64,000 nt of DNA from Leucoraja ocellata (lineage: Eukaryota): NCBI GenBank assembly GCA_036785375.1, contig JAWMAR010000079.1:2666001-2730000 (forward strand). Direction: 5' to 3'. Below the pieces are notes generated by a model. The model did no database searches and was not told where the DNA came from. It saw only the letters and a program-made list of their open reading frames with translations. Position 1 is the stretch's first letter. Each line of letters opens with the position of its first letter. The translations under genes and the position numbers were made by a program. This document shows, one piece after another, positions 12,461-25,899 of the stretch.

Positions 12461-13112
12461 GCTTATCATATACTTGCATTTAAGGTTGCCAATTTTTGTT
12501 TGAAATGTGTTCTGCTTTATGAGAAGAATCTCAGTTTTTCTAGATAATATATTTTGAAATGTAATGGTCAGTTTTTACTATACCTGTTTACATTCTGCAC
12601 CATTGATGTGCTAAACTACCTACACTGAAGGGTTACCTTCCAAAGTTAATATTATTGCTACTAGGAGCTCCCTGAGGCAATGAGAAAAAACCTTCCTTGG
12701 ACTTCGCCAACACTTGTCCATACATAAATAAAGAGTATAGCTCAATACATCATGTCCTTCAGTCCAGAGTTTAGTCATTAACCTTCATTCGTCCTTGTTC
12801 AACCAGTACCTGAAGGTTGGGGACATTTTCTACAGTGGCTAAAGCTGGTAGAGAATGTCCCTACACAAGCTGTTGGGAGATGGTAAGGCTCAGTTGTGCT
12901 GCCCTCCATGGTGGAATAGCATGCAGAAACTTATTTTCAAAGCTACTTTGCTACGAAGGGAATTACTTTGCAGCAAATCTCTGCTTTTTAATAGTTATCA
13001 AGTAAAAACATTGAAAGAATATTCTCAGGAGGAGGGAATAACCTCAAGGGATTTTCATAGCATGCATCATCCCAATGAGATCTAATATGTGGTACTTACT
13101 CTGTTTTAATAG

Positions 13113-13174
13113 GAAAGACAAGGAACAGTTTTTATACTACATGAAGGAAACAAGAGGGATCGCCTAGGGATGGT
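13113..13174 (+). CDS. IQCH: IQCH coding exon (ERQGTVFILHEGNKRDRLGM-V)
   Basis: ttttaatAG acceptor, GTaagt donor, 62 nt ending in phase 2. ERQGTVFIL matches recalled IQCH. Too short for the ORF track. Confidence 0.9.
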
Positions 13175-13601
13175 GTAAGTTTACCATTTGAACACCCCCT
13201 CACCCCACATCCATGCACATTTCCATTCAAGTATCAAGCTTTACTCAGCAATAATTCAATTCACTTAAGTCGTTTGCATGTTGGGGATTCAGTGCTTGTT
13301 TTGGAACATTAGAGACTTTTCCTAACTGCGTGGGAGTTTTGGTTCCATTTTGGTATCTAGTTGATTTAACCTATTGCTTTTCAATGGTGTATGATTAATA
13401 AAGTATATTTATTGCACAAATCCTTCAGTTGACATGTAAAAATAGTACCTCATCTTTCATATTTCCCTGAAGATTTGTGCCCCGCGAGAATGAAAATGCT
13501 CATTAAATTCCATCAGCATTTCCCCGAAATGAGACTGTGATTGTTTTTAAGCATGTAAAGGGAATCATTAGTAAACTCATTTGTTTGTATATCATTAACA
13601 G

Positions 13602-13710
13602 AACAATCGGGGAAGATCTCCAGGGGGCTCTACTGACCTTTGCTCGTAATCTCTCTGTCATTCATCAGGAAATAACAGCACCTAATGTGCAGTGGGAGAA
13701 CAATTTTCAG
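13602..13710 (+). CDS. IQCH: IQCH coding exon ([36 protein letters not shown])
   Basis: attaacAG acceptor, GTgagg donor, 109 nt. Phase is compatible with the previous exon. Resembles [35 protein letters not shown]. Confidence 0.92.
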
Positions 13711-14770
13711 GTGAGGCATTAATTAACATGTTTTCCTCTTAATTTTTATACAGTTTATTAACATAGAAATGTTTTAAGATTGCACAGTGATTGGAAACAC
13801 GTTGTCACTCAAGATTTAGTCGACAATCATAACGCTACACCTTAGTTAAAATTGCAGATTACATGCTATTATGAACCGAATGTAAAATGGAGATAAATTT
13901 CAGCAGACAGTTAGATTTCAGAAGGATAGTCAATGGTCTTGATTGGCAAGGTCAAGAAAGGCAGTGCATAATGGTTGATGCTGCTCCTTGCAAAACTTTT
14001 GAAGTTATCATGTAGTGAAGATCATGTCCATTGTACCTCTGGACAAGATATAGTGATCAGGTCTTCTACCCTTGGAGGAGGCAGGAGAGGAGGATCCTGT
14101 GACAGACGTCAGTGAGACCTCTCCAGTCACCCCAGTTGAATTTGTATCTATTCTTAAAGATGATCATAACAAATATTAGGCAAATGAAGAAGGAAAATCC
14201 AGTCTCCGGACACAGAGGAGGAATGCAAGGCTACATTTTATATATTTGAATGCAAGGCATCTTACAGGTAAAGCTGATGAACTGGGAGCAGTATTTAATG
14301 TTTGGGCATATAATGTTGATGCTTTAATGGAGAGGTAGTTGAATGCAGGGCAGGTCGGACAAATTAACATTCTAGCATATAAATACTTCAGGCAGTACAC
14401 GATGGTTGCAAATAAAAAGAGGTGACATTACAATATTAATTAAGGAGTCAATTACTGTGTTAAGGAGGGGCGTCTGAGGCAGTTCTCCAAACGAGGACAT
14501 ATGGGTGGAGCTTAGATATAAAAACAGTGGGGTTGATTAATTTGATTGCACAGGCAATGTGCACGAGTTAGAGTAGGCAAATGGCAGAACTGCAAATTAA
14601 CCAGGTAATCATAGTAGGGGAGTTTTGACTCCCTAATTTTCCCTTTAACACTTGGTTTGCCTTAGTGAAAAGGTAGGATACAGCAGAATTCTTGAGGGCC
14701 AAAACAAAGATGGTGCTACTTGGGATAGAGTGAAATAGTGATAACCCTCGGGTATGTAGCTGAGCAACCT

Positions 14771-15060
14771 AGGGCAGCATAGTGGTGGAGTTGCTGCTTT
14801 ACAGCACCAGAGACCAGAGTTCGATCCTGATTAAGGGTGCTGTCTGTATGGAGTTTGTACATTCTCCCCGTGACATGGGTTTTCTCTGGGAGCTCCGGTT
14901 TCCTCTCACTCTCCAAAGAGGTACAGGTTAGTAGGCTAATTGGCTTGGTATAATTATAAATGATCCCTAGTGTGTTTAGGCCAGTGCTAGTGTATGTAGA
15001 TCATTGGTTGGTGCAGAAGGCGTTCCCTCGCTGTATTTCTAAACTAAATTAAAACTAAAC
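14771..15060 (+). mobile_element. HE1-like SINE, near full length
   Basis: A and B boxes, conserved body, (CTAAA)n tail. Lies within decayed CR1 endonuclease-region sequence. Confidence 0.85.
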
Positions 15061-15485
15061 TTAAGGAAGTGTTAGTGGGAGAACATTCCAGCTGTCATAA
15101 TCATAACCTTAAAGTTATGAAGAAGTCCTTAAAAATTAGGGCAAAGCCTGATTTCAGTACAACAAGGCGACTAGGCAAATGTGGACTGGGAGCAGCTACA
15201 TGCAGATAACTATTTAAATACTTAAATGTTGTGAGAGTCTATCTTTCCACCACCCCCTCAGTGGTGCATTTTAGGTGTCCACCATATTAGAGGAAAAAAG
15301 TATTCTTCTATGTTCTCCAAATCTTCTTGCCCTTGCTTTAACCTGTGCTCTCTGGTTATTGACACCCCCATTAAGGAGAAAAATGCCATTAATTATCCTA
15401 TCCAGCTGCTCATAATTTTGTGCATCTCAATCAGATTCTCCCTCGGCTTCTTCCATTAGAAAGGAACCAAACCCAACCTATTTAA

Positions 15486-15698
15486 AAAGATAGATAAAAA
15501 ATGCTGTAGTAACTCAGTGGGTCAGGCAGCATATCTGGAGAAAATTGAAAGGTGACGTTTTGTGCTGCCTGAAAAAGCGTCCTGACCCTAAACATCACTA
15601 ATCAATTTTCTCCAGAGATTCTAACTGACCTGCTGAGTTACACCAGCATTTTGTGTCTATCTTTGGTATAAATCAGCATCTACAGTTCACTTTTTCCC
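15486..15698. mobile_element. Head-to-head palindromic Penelope-terminal mini-element
   Basis: Inverted arms (aaaatgctgtagtaactcag.../...ctgagttacaccagcatttt). Flanked by CCCAACCWATTTAA at 15472-15485 and 15699-15712. Confidence 0.75.
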
Positions 15699-15909
15699 CC
15701 CAACCAATTTAATCTTTCACCGTGGTTGAAATGCAGTATCTCAGGCACCATCCTGGTGAATCTCCTCTGTACCCTCTCCAATTACATCCTTTCTACAAAA
15801 TGGCAACCAGAACTACACAAGGTACTCCAGCTATGGCCAAGCTAATAATTGATGTAAAGCATCATATCTTCTCTATGTTATGTTTATTGCCCAGGATGAT
15901 AAGCAAGAG

Positions 15910-16190
15910 GCTATCTGACAGACATTCTCAAAGCACCCTTGAAATGTGTAACATGCCTACCAAAATTGCGAATTGGGAAGGCACAGAGAACTTGAGTCCA
16001 TTTATCACAAGCATATGGTCTAGCAGAGAACATGCACCGCCCACCAAACCACCACCTACCCTGCCAGACACCCCTGCCCCACCCACGGCAAAATTAGTGG
16101 CTTTCACATTAACTTCATCAGCCATCTCATAAAGCATGAACATGGTGTGGAGTTACAGTAAGTCATCCTCTAATCTGAAGGACTGTCTAG
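15910..16190 (+). mobile_element. RTE-clade LINE 3' remnant
   Basis: ILKAPLKCVT-like start and decayed C-terminal CPTHGKISGFHINFISHLIKH, resembling the RTE CxxC...HxxxH finger. Confidence 0.5.
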
Positions 16191-16437
16191 GAAGAATAAT
16201 AATTTGCCACTTAGTTCCTGCAATCCAATTTACCAGATCAGCAATAAGAGTTTTTTTATTTGTTCGTACACTATTATTAAAATTTCTTTCCCTGTTCCTA
16301 TTCATAAATGTTTTATAAGAATGTATTAGGTATCTGTATAATACTTTCACTGTCAATAAATCCCAATTCCTTTAAAATCCCTATCCATTTAACAAGGCAC
16401 AAACATGGGGGTTATAGCAATATAGACAGCACCCTTA

Positions 16438-16758
16438 TGGGCTTGTCCCACTTAGGCGATTTTTCAGGCAACTGCCGCGACTGTCAAGTTGCCGGCATTC
16501 GCCTGACACCGGATCGGTGTCTGTCAGAGTGAAACACGCGCACACACACACCCCCCCCCCCCACGTCCCCCACCCCCTCTACTCTCCAATGGCAGCTTCA
16601 TTTGAAATGTTGAAAAATTTGCGGCGACCATAATAAGGCCACGACTATTTCCCAGAATGCGGGAACTCCTCACGACCATGAAGGGGACTCCCGCAAATAT
16701 GTGGCGACCATGTGGTGACTGCATTGTCTCCTGCAGTCGCCTAAGTGGGACAGGCCCA
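16438..16758. mobile_element. PIF/Harbinger-type MITE
   Basis: TIRs TGGGCTTGTCCCACTTAGGCGA / TCGCCTAAGTGGGACAGGCCCA. TTA on both sides (16435-16437, 16759-16761). Confidence 0.85.
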
Positions 16759-17264
16759 TTACACTATCAGGTATTGTCACCCGATATCCATACATAGGAG
16801 ACACCATCCAAGATTGCTATTTTACAGAAGAACCACACTTAATTAGTATTTGCAACTACATGGAAAACTTTATTTATGATTGATGTTTGTTTTATAAATA
16901 CAATTTGTTGTTCTCTATGGCTATTTCTCAGGGTGTTGATCTTCAGATGTTGAAGCATAAGAAATGATAGCTTTTGATATCTGGTACTGCAGATTCTTTA
17001 GGGCAAATGGATATCCAAGTGATTACTGTTTGCACAGGAAAGCGCCTTCTTGTAAACTACCATTCCTTATTTCTATCCTCCTTGTGCTTTCTCTACTTGA
17101 TTGCAGCAAATAATATACCTGTAACAAAATGTTACAGTAAGTGAGTAGGTGACAAACATTGGCAAGAATCTACAGTTCCTTGTCTCATGAACAGAATGCA
17201 GCTCTGCGTCTTCTCTTTATCCCATAGTTTTGCTCTTGATCAGCCCCCCCCCCCCTCCCCAGAC

Positions 17265-18588
17265 AGAAAAAGATAGTTTCCCTGGTCCTCACCTTTCACC
17301 CAACCATCCTCCACATCATCTTCTGACATTTGTTGTCACCTCCAACGTGATCCCACCACCAGTCACATCTTTCCATCCTGACCCCTTTTCGACTTCCACA
17401 TAGACTGTTCCCTCCGCAACTCCTTGGTTAACTCATCCATTCCCTCTCCCCAGGTACTTTCACCAGCAACTGCAGGAGATGTAACATTTGTCCCTATACC
17501 TCCTCCCTCATCTCCATCCAGGGACCCCAGCTGTCCTCCCAGGTGAGACAGAAGTTCATGTGCACCTCCAGTAACCTCATCTGCATCCAGTGTTGCAGAA
17601 GTGACCTCCTGTACATCAATGAGACCACGACTGGATTCTGCGACTGCTTTGTCAAACACTTGCTCTTGGTCCATCAATCCAACAAGATCTCCATGTTGCT
17701 GACCATTTTAACCCCTTCCCATCCCCACACTGACCTTTCTCTCCTGGGCATTCTCCATTGCCAGAGTGACACCATTCGTAAATTGGAGGAACATCTCATA
17801 TTCTGCTTGCATAGCATACAATCCAACGGTACGAACATTGAATTGTCCAATTTTATGTAACTAACCCACAAACAGTTCCCTTCCCTCACCCCCAAGACTC
17901 CCCTCCCTTTTCCTTTTTCCCCACCACTCCCCCAATTTGAACCCTTGTTGACCTCGCACAGGTTTGTCCCCTTCCCCCCCCCCCCCCACCGGCATCACAA
18001 TTCATAACTTTTCTATCCTCAAGTTTGACAATCCACAACTCTTTATCCTTTTGGGCTCATACCTGTCTTTTTTTCAATGTCTTTCTTGTCTTTGTTCAAC
18101 AATCTGCCTATCAAAATAAAATGCTTGTTTAGTTTAGTTTAGAGATCCAGCGCGGAAACAGGCCCTTCGGCCCACCGAGCCCGAGCTATCCTCACACATT
18201 AACACTATCCTACACACCGTAGGGACAATTTACAATTAGACCAATCCAATTAACCTACATACCTGGAGTGTGGGAGGAAACCGAAGATCTCGGAGAAAAC
18301 CCACGAGGTCACGGGGAGAACGTATAAACTCTGTACAGACAGCACCCATAGTCGGGATTGAACCAGAGTCTCCGCACTGTAAGCACTATAAGGCAGCAAC
18401 TCTACCGCTGCACCGCTCCTTGTGTTCATCTATTGCTGGTCATGCTCAGTCCTACCCTCCTCTCTTCCAGCTTTCTTCCCTGCCCACCCTGCCATCAGTC
18501 TGAAGAAGGATCCTGACCCAAAAGGGTCACATATCCATGTAATCCAGGCATGCTGCCTAACCAAGTTACTCCAGCATTTTGTGTCTAA
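17265..18588 (+). mobile_element. Penelope-like element 3' half with nested SINE
   Basis: GIY-YIG peptide KFMCTSSNLICIQCCRSDLLYINET...LEEHLIFCL. Terminal unit at 18497-18588. Confidence 0.85.
18127..18415 (-). mobile_element. HE1-like SINE
   Basis: Reverse complement of the SINE body, with (TTTAG)n tail at 18127. Confidence 0.85.
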
Positions 18589-18609
18589 CTTAACATGCTT
18601 ATTTTACAG

Positions 18610-18705
18610 GCAGCGATTCAAGATATTGAAACAATCCTTGGAGTTACAATAGCGAACAAGTCCCAAGAAGGCAATTCCATCCTTCCATCAGAGCTTATGA
18701 TATGA
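18610..18705 (+). CDS. IQCH: IQCH terminal coding exon (AAIQDIETILGVTIANKSQEGNSILPSELMI*)
   Basis: attttacAG acceptor, phase 0. DIETIL-VT matches recalled IQCH. TGA at 18703-18705. Confidence 0.85.
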   Translation, partial: AAIQDIETILGVTIANKSQEGNSILPSELMI

Positions 18706-18850
18706 AGAACCTAATTCTGAGCAACTACAGATATTTAACAGTGAACTACTTGAGCTCCAATTCTATCTCACTGGAATCCCGTGTTATTGTAAGCGATCTA
18801 ACAAAGAGTCTGCATGTGTTTCAATGTTACAGCTTTGTCCATGCAAGCAA

Positions 18851-18856
18851 AATAAA
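18851..18856 (+). terminator. Candidate polyadenylation signal of IQCH
   Basis: First AATAAA, about 145 nt after the IQCH stop, followed by GT/T-rich sequence. Confidence 0.5.
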
Positions 18857-21549
18857 TGTCCTGTGGAATCTGTTTTCCAATCAGGATATTGTTGGAACTG
18901 ATTAAAACTTATTCAAAAATGGCAACTAAAACATTATAGATGAGATAAACATAATGTGTTCTGCTGTAAATAGGAACTATTGTAAACTCAGATTCTTCTT
19001 TCCTCCCCACATCCCAGGATAATACCATCCAGTAACAGATGCTTAAATCCAGTCAAACATAATTGAATATCTGGAACATTATTAAAGTGGTTTTCTGTCC
19101 TGTAGCATTCTGTCCAAAGTTCATTGACAAATTCTAATGAGCATTACCACTATTGTTTCAGTGCTGCTTTAGTGCGATATAAAGACAGGCAAAAATATTC
19201 CACACTCTTCACTCAATAGTCATGGCTTGGAAATAGTTAACATTTGAGGCAGTAAAATGAATTGTAGGGCTTTAATACCACACCTGAGATAATTGTTGGT
19301 AAAAGTTAAACAACCAGAAAGCGCCTTTGTGCTATAAATCACACAATTTCAGCAGAATCTTCCCATATCACGACCCATCCAAAGTTTCCTCCTTAAATAC
19401 ACTCATCTATTGTTGAATATCAACTATTGAAATCGACTGTTTTGGAAAGGCAACATAGCTTAGTGGAGAGGAGTCACAGTTCCCTGCCAATTAATTGATC
19501 TTGGTGTATGAATCTCCACTCCTTTTCTGCAGGGGTTAATTGACCGCACCTCTGCTGATCTCGCTGAGATTCTGTTCTTAGGAAAACCATATTAGAGAAT
19601 TAACATAACTTGAGAGAAGATACAATACTCGTTTCACCAAATACAAGACAATCACTTGGCCTGAATATATTCCATCTATCTTATTAACATATTTTACAAT
19701 AGATGTCTTTCACCATATTAATTATTCACCTGATTACAATATCCATGATCACAACCTTTTCCAAACCTTAGAACTAGTCAGCCAATTACCATATTACACA
19801 ATAACTCCCTTCCTCTGTATCATGGTATTATTCATGTAATTATAACAGGAGAGAAGCACAGCTGATCCTGTTTGGACCGTTGTGTAGTATCTCCAATTGT
19901 TCAGTTTGACAACGTGACCTTGGTGTTATTGTTGATCGTGGAATCCACAACCCTGCCATGGCCACCAATATTTCAAGTCTAAAGGACCATGACAACAATA
20001 TAAAATGCTTATGTATCTTATACAGAACACTAATGTCCAATTTCACCTTTTTTTTTGGACTAATTTCTTTTTCCTGGCAGGCTATCCCCCACCTTTTCAT
20101 TATTGTAGTAATTATTAGACTTTCCTCTAAGTCCCACAAGAGCCACTCCTCAAGGGCACGAAAAGAACTGGAACATTCTGTGGAGACCATGAGCAATATT
20201 ATCATTTAGTTTTATGTCTTATTACCACTAAATGTATTCATTAGTTGATCTGCATTAAAAGAGGCATACTTTAAAAAAATCACAAGGGTTGATGACATTG
20301 TCCTGACTAGTGCCCCAATAGTATTATTATGTTACACCAGAAGCTTTTGTTAACAAATGGCAGACATATCTAAATGATTGACAATGGCAATAACTGGTTC
20401 CACTCAGGTTCCTAATGTTAAAAAAAATCTTGACATTTGGAAAAAGTATATTTTCACTCTCAGAACTGTTTAGCGTTGTACAGAATTTATACTATGCCCA
20501 ATAAAAAGTAGTGAGATACTACTGAACGCGTGCAAACGCATCTTACACTATTTTTAACAATTGTCTCAATATGTGCTATTTACTTTGCATTGGACGAAAG
20601 TACAGAGCAAATATTTTCTGCAGAGTCACCATGAATTGCTGCATCTGACAAGTAGTTTCAAAGTTCGGATGTCCAACTCAGTACTGACTGAGAGCCGGGG
20701 AAAGCTTGCAGAGATTGTTATAATGTTCAGCATTATGCAGCAATTCAGATGAACAGAGTTCCCCGATACAACAAATTACTGAGTGGTTCAGTCAGCAAAT
20801 GAACCCTTTTCCCTAAACGAACCATTATAATTACCTGAACTTTATTGTATGTTCCTCCATGGCAATTCTGTCTTGAGCTCCTAGGACTTTCAATTAGTAG
20901 CCATGGTCTTGAGCATAGGCAACCACGCTGCAAAGACTAATAATAAAAATGTGATTTATGTTAAAAAAAAATCAAAGTTAGTATTATTTTTTAGCAAACT
21001 GACCTTTTTGTATTTTTCTCAATTAGAAATATTATTTCAATTTCAATCATGGTTTGAGATTACATCAATTTTGCAAAAGAACTAAATGTACTTAAGAATT
21101 CAGTGACTTCAATCATATTGCTTTAATAGCACATTTACAAAATGAAATTATCCTCTGCAATGATTTCTGTAGCTTACAATCACTAGCACTACCAGGTTTG
21201 CTTAGGTCTTGTGTTTCCAGATTGAGTAAAAGGTGTTCATTGGAAGTTTTATCACATGATCTCCAGTAATCCTGTCTCCATTCTCCCTAAAAGCCTATCC
21301 TGACATCACACTGGATTCCTACAATCTACTGGGAGAGAACAGACACTTCATAAAATATATAAAATTAATGAACAAAAAAGTTTAAAGTAAATTAATCTTC
21401 CAATGTCTTCGTTTTAGGTGCCAGTTAAACCAAAGCCCTATAAAGTAAATTAAAATATCCAGTGTCTGTACTTGAATCGTAGCAGAGGGGAGCTCCCAAA
21501 TGTTATGGCTGTTATGTTTTCCTTCGAACAACATCATTAAAACTAATGC

Positions 21550-21756
21550 GAGGGGGAAAAACAAAGGAGGACCCAGTGCGGGGGGGACCGCGGGGGTGGG
21601 GTGGGGGGGGGGGGGGGTGGGGTGAGGGAAGAGGAGAGGAACAAAGGTGGACCTGGAGGGGGATACTTTAACTTTTGTCAGCGTCTTTTATGTGTCGACG
21701 ATTTGCATACCTTAGCAACGAATATCACTGTAACAATAAAGTATTCATTCATTCAT
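21550..21756 (+). mobile_element. G-rich short retroposon 3' fragment
   Basis: aacaaaggaggacc motif twice around G-runs. Ends in tcactgtaacaataaa plus (ATTC)n. Shares gaacaaagg with 11502. Confidence 0.55.
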
Positions 21757-23039
21757 GTATTTGATGTTTGTGGAACCTTGCTGTGCACAATTTGATTGTC
21801 TCCATGTTTCTACACAAGGCAATGATACTTTTTCATCATCATTGTTTCACCAAATGTCATGATTGTGAACAGTGCTATATACATGGAAGATTATGAGTGA
21901 TTTTATATTTATTGAAATCCAAAGAGATATTTGCCTCAAAATGCAAGGGACCAACAATTTATTTGTGGGTGCTAGCAGATTGTGTCAGCTTAATACTAGA
22001 TTGCAAGACACACAAAGATGTCATAAAGTGGAAAAGGATCACCGAGTTCAAGTATTCAGTTATAATTTATCTTTTACATATGAGAATACTCCTAATCATC
22101 ATTAGTACTGCCAACTTAATCTAGAATGTACATCTAGTTTCAACCTCAACTGCAAATCTTAAAAACAATATTTTACTGGTACTCGACTTAAAATAGTTAC
22201 TATGAGAAAGGTCCAACTTCTCTTTTCCACTTTTGGTAATTATCCCCACCCTTTTCTTCCCCACATGACTCATCTGTCTATTGACCCCCCTTGACTGGAT
22301 CCACCTATCATTTGATAGCTCTTGCTCCACCCCTTCTACTCGCATCATTTTACCAGTTGACTCCCATTTACTGCATCAGTCCCAGGAAGAGTCCCAATCC
22401 AAAATGTCGCCTATTAAATTTTCTCCACAAATGCTGCCTGAGCCACTGAATTCCTCCAGCAGTTTGTTCATCTTTATCTAGACAGTTCATTATGCTGAGG
22501 AAATCCAAAGGATTAGCGTGTCAATGTCCAATGGTGTTGTAAAGATTTGCTCTCCCCTCTCTGGAATCCAAATTTGAGACTTGGGTTCATAAAATTCTGC
22601 AGAAGCAAACAAGCTCTAGGGCCTAACTCAGCCGTGCCACCTGAGTTGCCTACCTGAGCCAGGTGCAGTTGTCTGCATTTGGCCCATACCCATTTCCTAT
22701 CCCTGTACCTGTCTAAATGCTTTTTAAATGTTGCCTCTGACACCACATCTGGTAGGTCATTAAACATACCCACTATCCTCTTTGCGAAAAGATTGCCCCT
22801 CGGAATTACTTTAGATTTTTCCCCTCCCACTTTTAATTCTGACTTAATTTTGTGGGTGTAAAACATAATTATTTACAAAAATAAATAAACTGAAACGTTT
22901 ACCTGTTCTCTCTGAACAGAGTGCATCTTAATTTGACACTTACTCTATGACCTTGGGAGTCATAGAGCAAAGAAAAAGGCCCTTTGATCCAAAATGCCTA
23001 AGATGACGAAACAAGGAACTGCAGATGTTGATGTTAATG

Positions 23040-24000
23040 AAAAATACTTCAACAACTTCTCTTTTGATTCCTCTCACTTTCTCTAAGTTAAAGATGTAGC
23101 CATGGACACTTATGTCGGCCTCAGGTATGCCAGCCTTTTTGTTGGATAAGTCAAACGGTCCTTATTCCAAATGTACACGGGCATAATCCCGTAACTCTTT
23201 CTCCCTTACGTCAATGATTGCATCAGTGCAGAACGCATTGATATTTTATTAACATTACCATTAATTTCCACAATGCCCTCAACTTGCCCTGGACTATCTT
23301 GGACACCTTTCCCCCCTTTCTTAATCTCTCCGACTCCATCACATGGGAAAGACTATTGAATGACGTTTACTACATACCTACCGACTCAGTTATCTGGATT
23401 GCACTTGCTTCCACCCTACCTCTTGCAGACGCTATCCCCTACTCTCAATTTATCCATTTGTGCCAAATATGCTCCCAAAATGAGGTTTTCCATTCTATGA
23501 CATCCGAGATGTCCTTTTATTTTTAAGTAAACGTGGTTTCCATCTGTTGTCATTGGTGGATCCCTCACCCACATTGCCTGTGTCCCTTAGTTCTGGTCTT
23601 GCTCATCCTCCCTCCAGATGAAACAAGGATAGAGGTCGTCTGGTCCTTACCTTACACCCCACCAACCTTCGCATCCAGCATGTCACCCCAAAACATTTCT
23701 GTCATCCCCAATGTGAACCTATCACCAGTCACATCTTTCCATCCCGACCCCTTTTCTCTGATAGAGACCGCATCCTCTGCTACCCCTTGGTTAATTCATC
23801 CCACCATCCCCTCCACATGTATTCTTCCCTCACCTGAATCCACCTATTACTTGCCAGGCTTCGTCCTGCCCCTCCTGTCCATTAGCTTTCATCCTCTCGA
23901 CCCACAATCAGTCTGAAAAAGGGTCCTAATCTGAAACGTCACCTATCCATGTTCTCCAGTGGCTCCTGATCGGCTGAATTCCTCCAGTGCTTATGTTTCT
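23040..24000 (+). mobile_element. Penelope-like element: RT remnant, GIY-YIG deleted, terminal unit
   Basis: FNNFSFDSSHFL..., DVYYIPTDS and AIPYSQFIHLCQICSQNEVFH are PLE RT/thumb motifs. Terminal ctgaaaaagggtcc...gaaacgtcacc at 23913. Confidence 0.8.
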
Positions 24001-24299
24001 ATTTTTCTGACTATGATGACCATCATTCTTCACTCCTTGGCCAAATATTAAAACCATAAAGCATTTGTTAATATAAAATCATAAAACTGCTAGAGTTTGA
24101 AACAGTTTAATGGCAAAAATCAACAGCTTTTGAAAAGCTGAGTAATTTTTACCAAGAACTGTTAATTTTCCGCATTTTGATTTCGGTTTTCTTCCTCCCC
24201 AAAAAAAATCGATATATTTTTTCAAAATGAAATATTAATTCAACCCAGGAGCATATTTGCTCCAGTGACTTTAAATGGTATTGATGTTTGCCCACAATG

Positions 24300-24590
24300 A
24301 GGAAGGGCTGCGGTAGGAACCAACACAGCGGAACTAACGTACGGGGAGCTGCGGTTGTAGGGAGGCGAGGATGGAGGGGACGGGAATGCCATGGTAACGG
24401 GCCTGGGCCTGCCCGCGGCGGGGATTCCCCCCACAGGAGGCAGATGCCGGGCGACCGGCCGGAGTCGGGACTGTCATGAAGAGGGATTGTCTTTCAAACA
24501 CTGCGAGTTACTGCGAGCCGAAGTCCTGCGGTGAAGGAGGAGGCAGCAGGTAAAGGGGCTGCGGGGCTGGGGCAGCGCCAGGAACATCCT
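24300..24590 (+). promoter_or_regulatory. CpG-rich promoter and probable non-coding first exon of C15orf61 (donor CAG|GTAAAG at 24549/24550)
   Basis: Abrupt GC/CpG-rich island in AT-rich surroundings, not resembling the local TEs. It has a strong donor, and there is a matching branch point and acceptor (ctaac...tttttttcacAG at 25425-25426) 2 nt before the ATG. X-box-like TGCCATGGTAAC at 24387-24398. Confidence 0.65.
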
Positions 24591-25074
24591 GGTGTTAGTT
24601 CAAGTGTAAACGATTATTGTTACTATAAATAATTTAAAAACGTTAAAATTGCCCTCGTCTAAATATTGAAAATCATAAAATTAGAGAAGTTTGCAATACG
24701 CCGAACATTAAAAGGGAAAGCATTTGTAAAAGTTACATAATCATAAGAGCTGTCATAGGCGTGATGGGCCGAGTGGTCTTCTGCGTAGTCTCTTATGGCA
24801 CCTTTAACTATATCCAAATAACTGCCAGTATTTGAAGCGTGTGGCTGCTGATTCTTTGCAAGCAGAGTGTCCAATATGTAGATACAAAAGATTGCAGATG
24901 CTGGAATCTTGTGTAAAACACAAAGTGCTGGAGGAACCACATATTTCATATTCCTCTATTATTCTCCAGTTTAACAATCTAAGTGCCCATTAATTTCTAA
25001 TATTTTCCAGTGCATAATCTCTTTCAAAGCTACGATCCATTTTTCCAAATAACAATGGATAATGGATCGGGTAG

Positions 25075-25385
25075 ATGCCCAGAGTAAGGGAATCGAGAAC
25101 CAGAGAACATAGGTTTAAGGTGAGGGGGGAAAGATCTAATAGGAACATGAGGGGTGACTTTTTTTATGCAAAGGGTGGTAGGTGTGTGAAACGAGCTGCC
25201 AGAGGAGTTAGTTGAGGCAGGTACTATCGCGATGTTTAAGAAATATTTAGACAGGTACATGGATAGAACAGATTTAGAGGGATATGAGCCATATGCAGGC
25301 ATGTGGGACTCGTGTAGATGGGACATGTTGGCCGGTGTGGGCAAGTTGGGCCGAAGGGCCCGTTTCCACACTGTAAGACTCTTAT
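25075..25385 (+). mobile_element. CR1 (HER1-like) 3' end
   Basis: ESRTREHRFKVRG...MFKKYLDRYM followed by gggccgaagggcccgtttcc tail. Confidence 0.85.
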
Positions 25386-25410
25386 GCTCTCTTGATGGCA
25401 CACTAACTGA

Positions 25411-25782
<372 letters not shown>

Positions 25783-25899
25783 TGAATGCTCTGTGGCACT
25801 CAGATGGAACATTTATTATGACAGTGATACAAACTGCATTTGTTGTAGAAAGATTATTCTACCTTAGAAGAGAAAATTAAGAAGTTTGAGCTTTGAACA

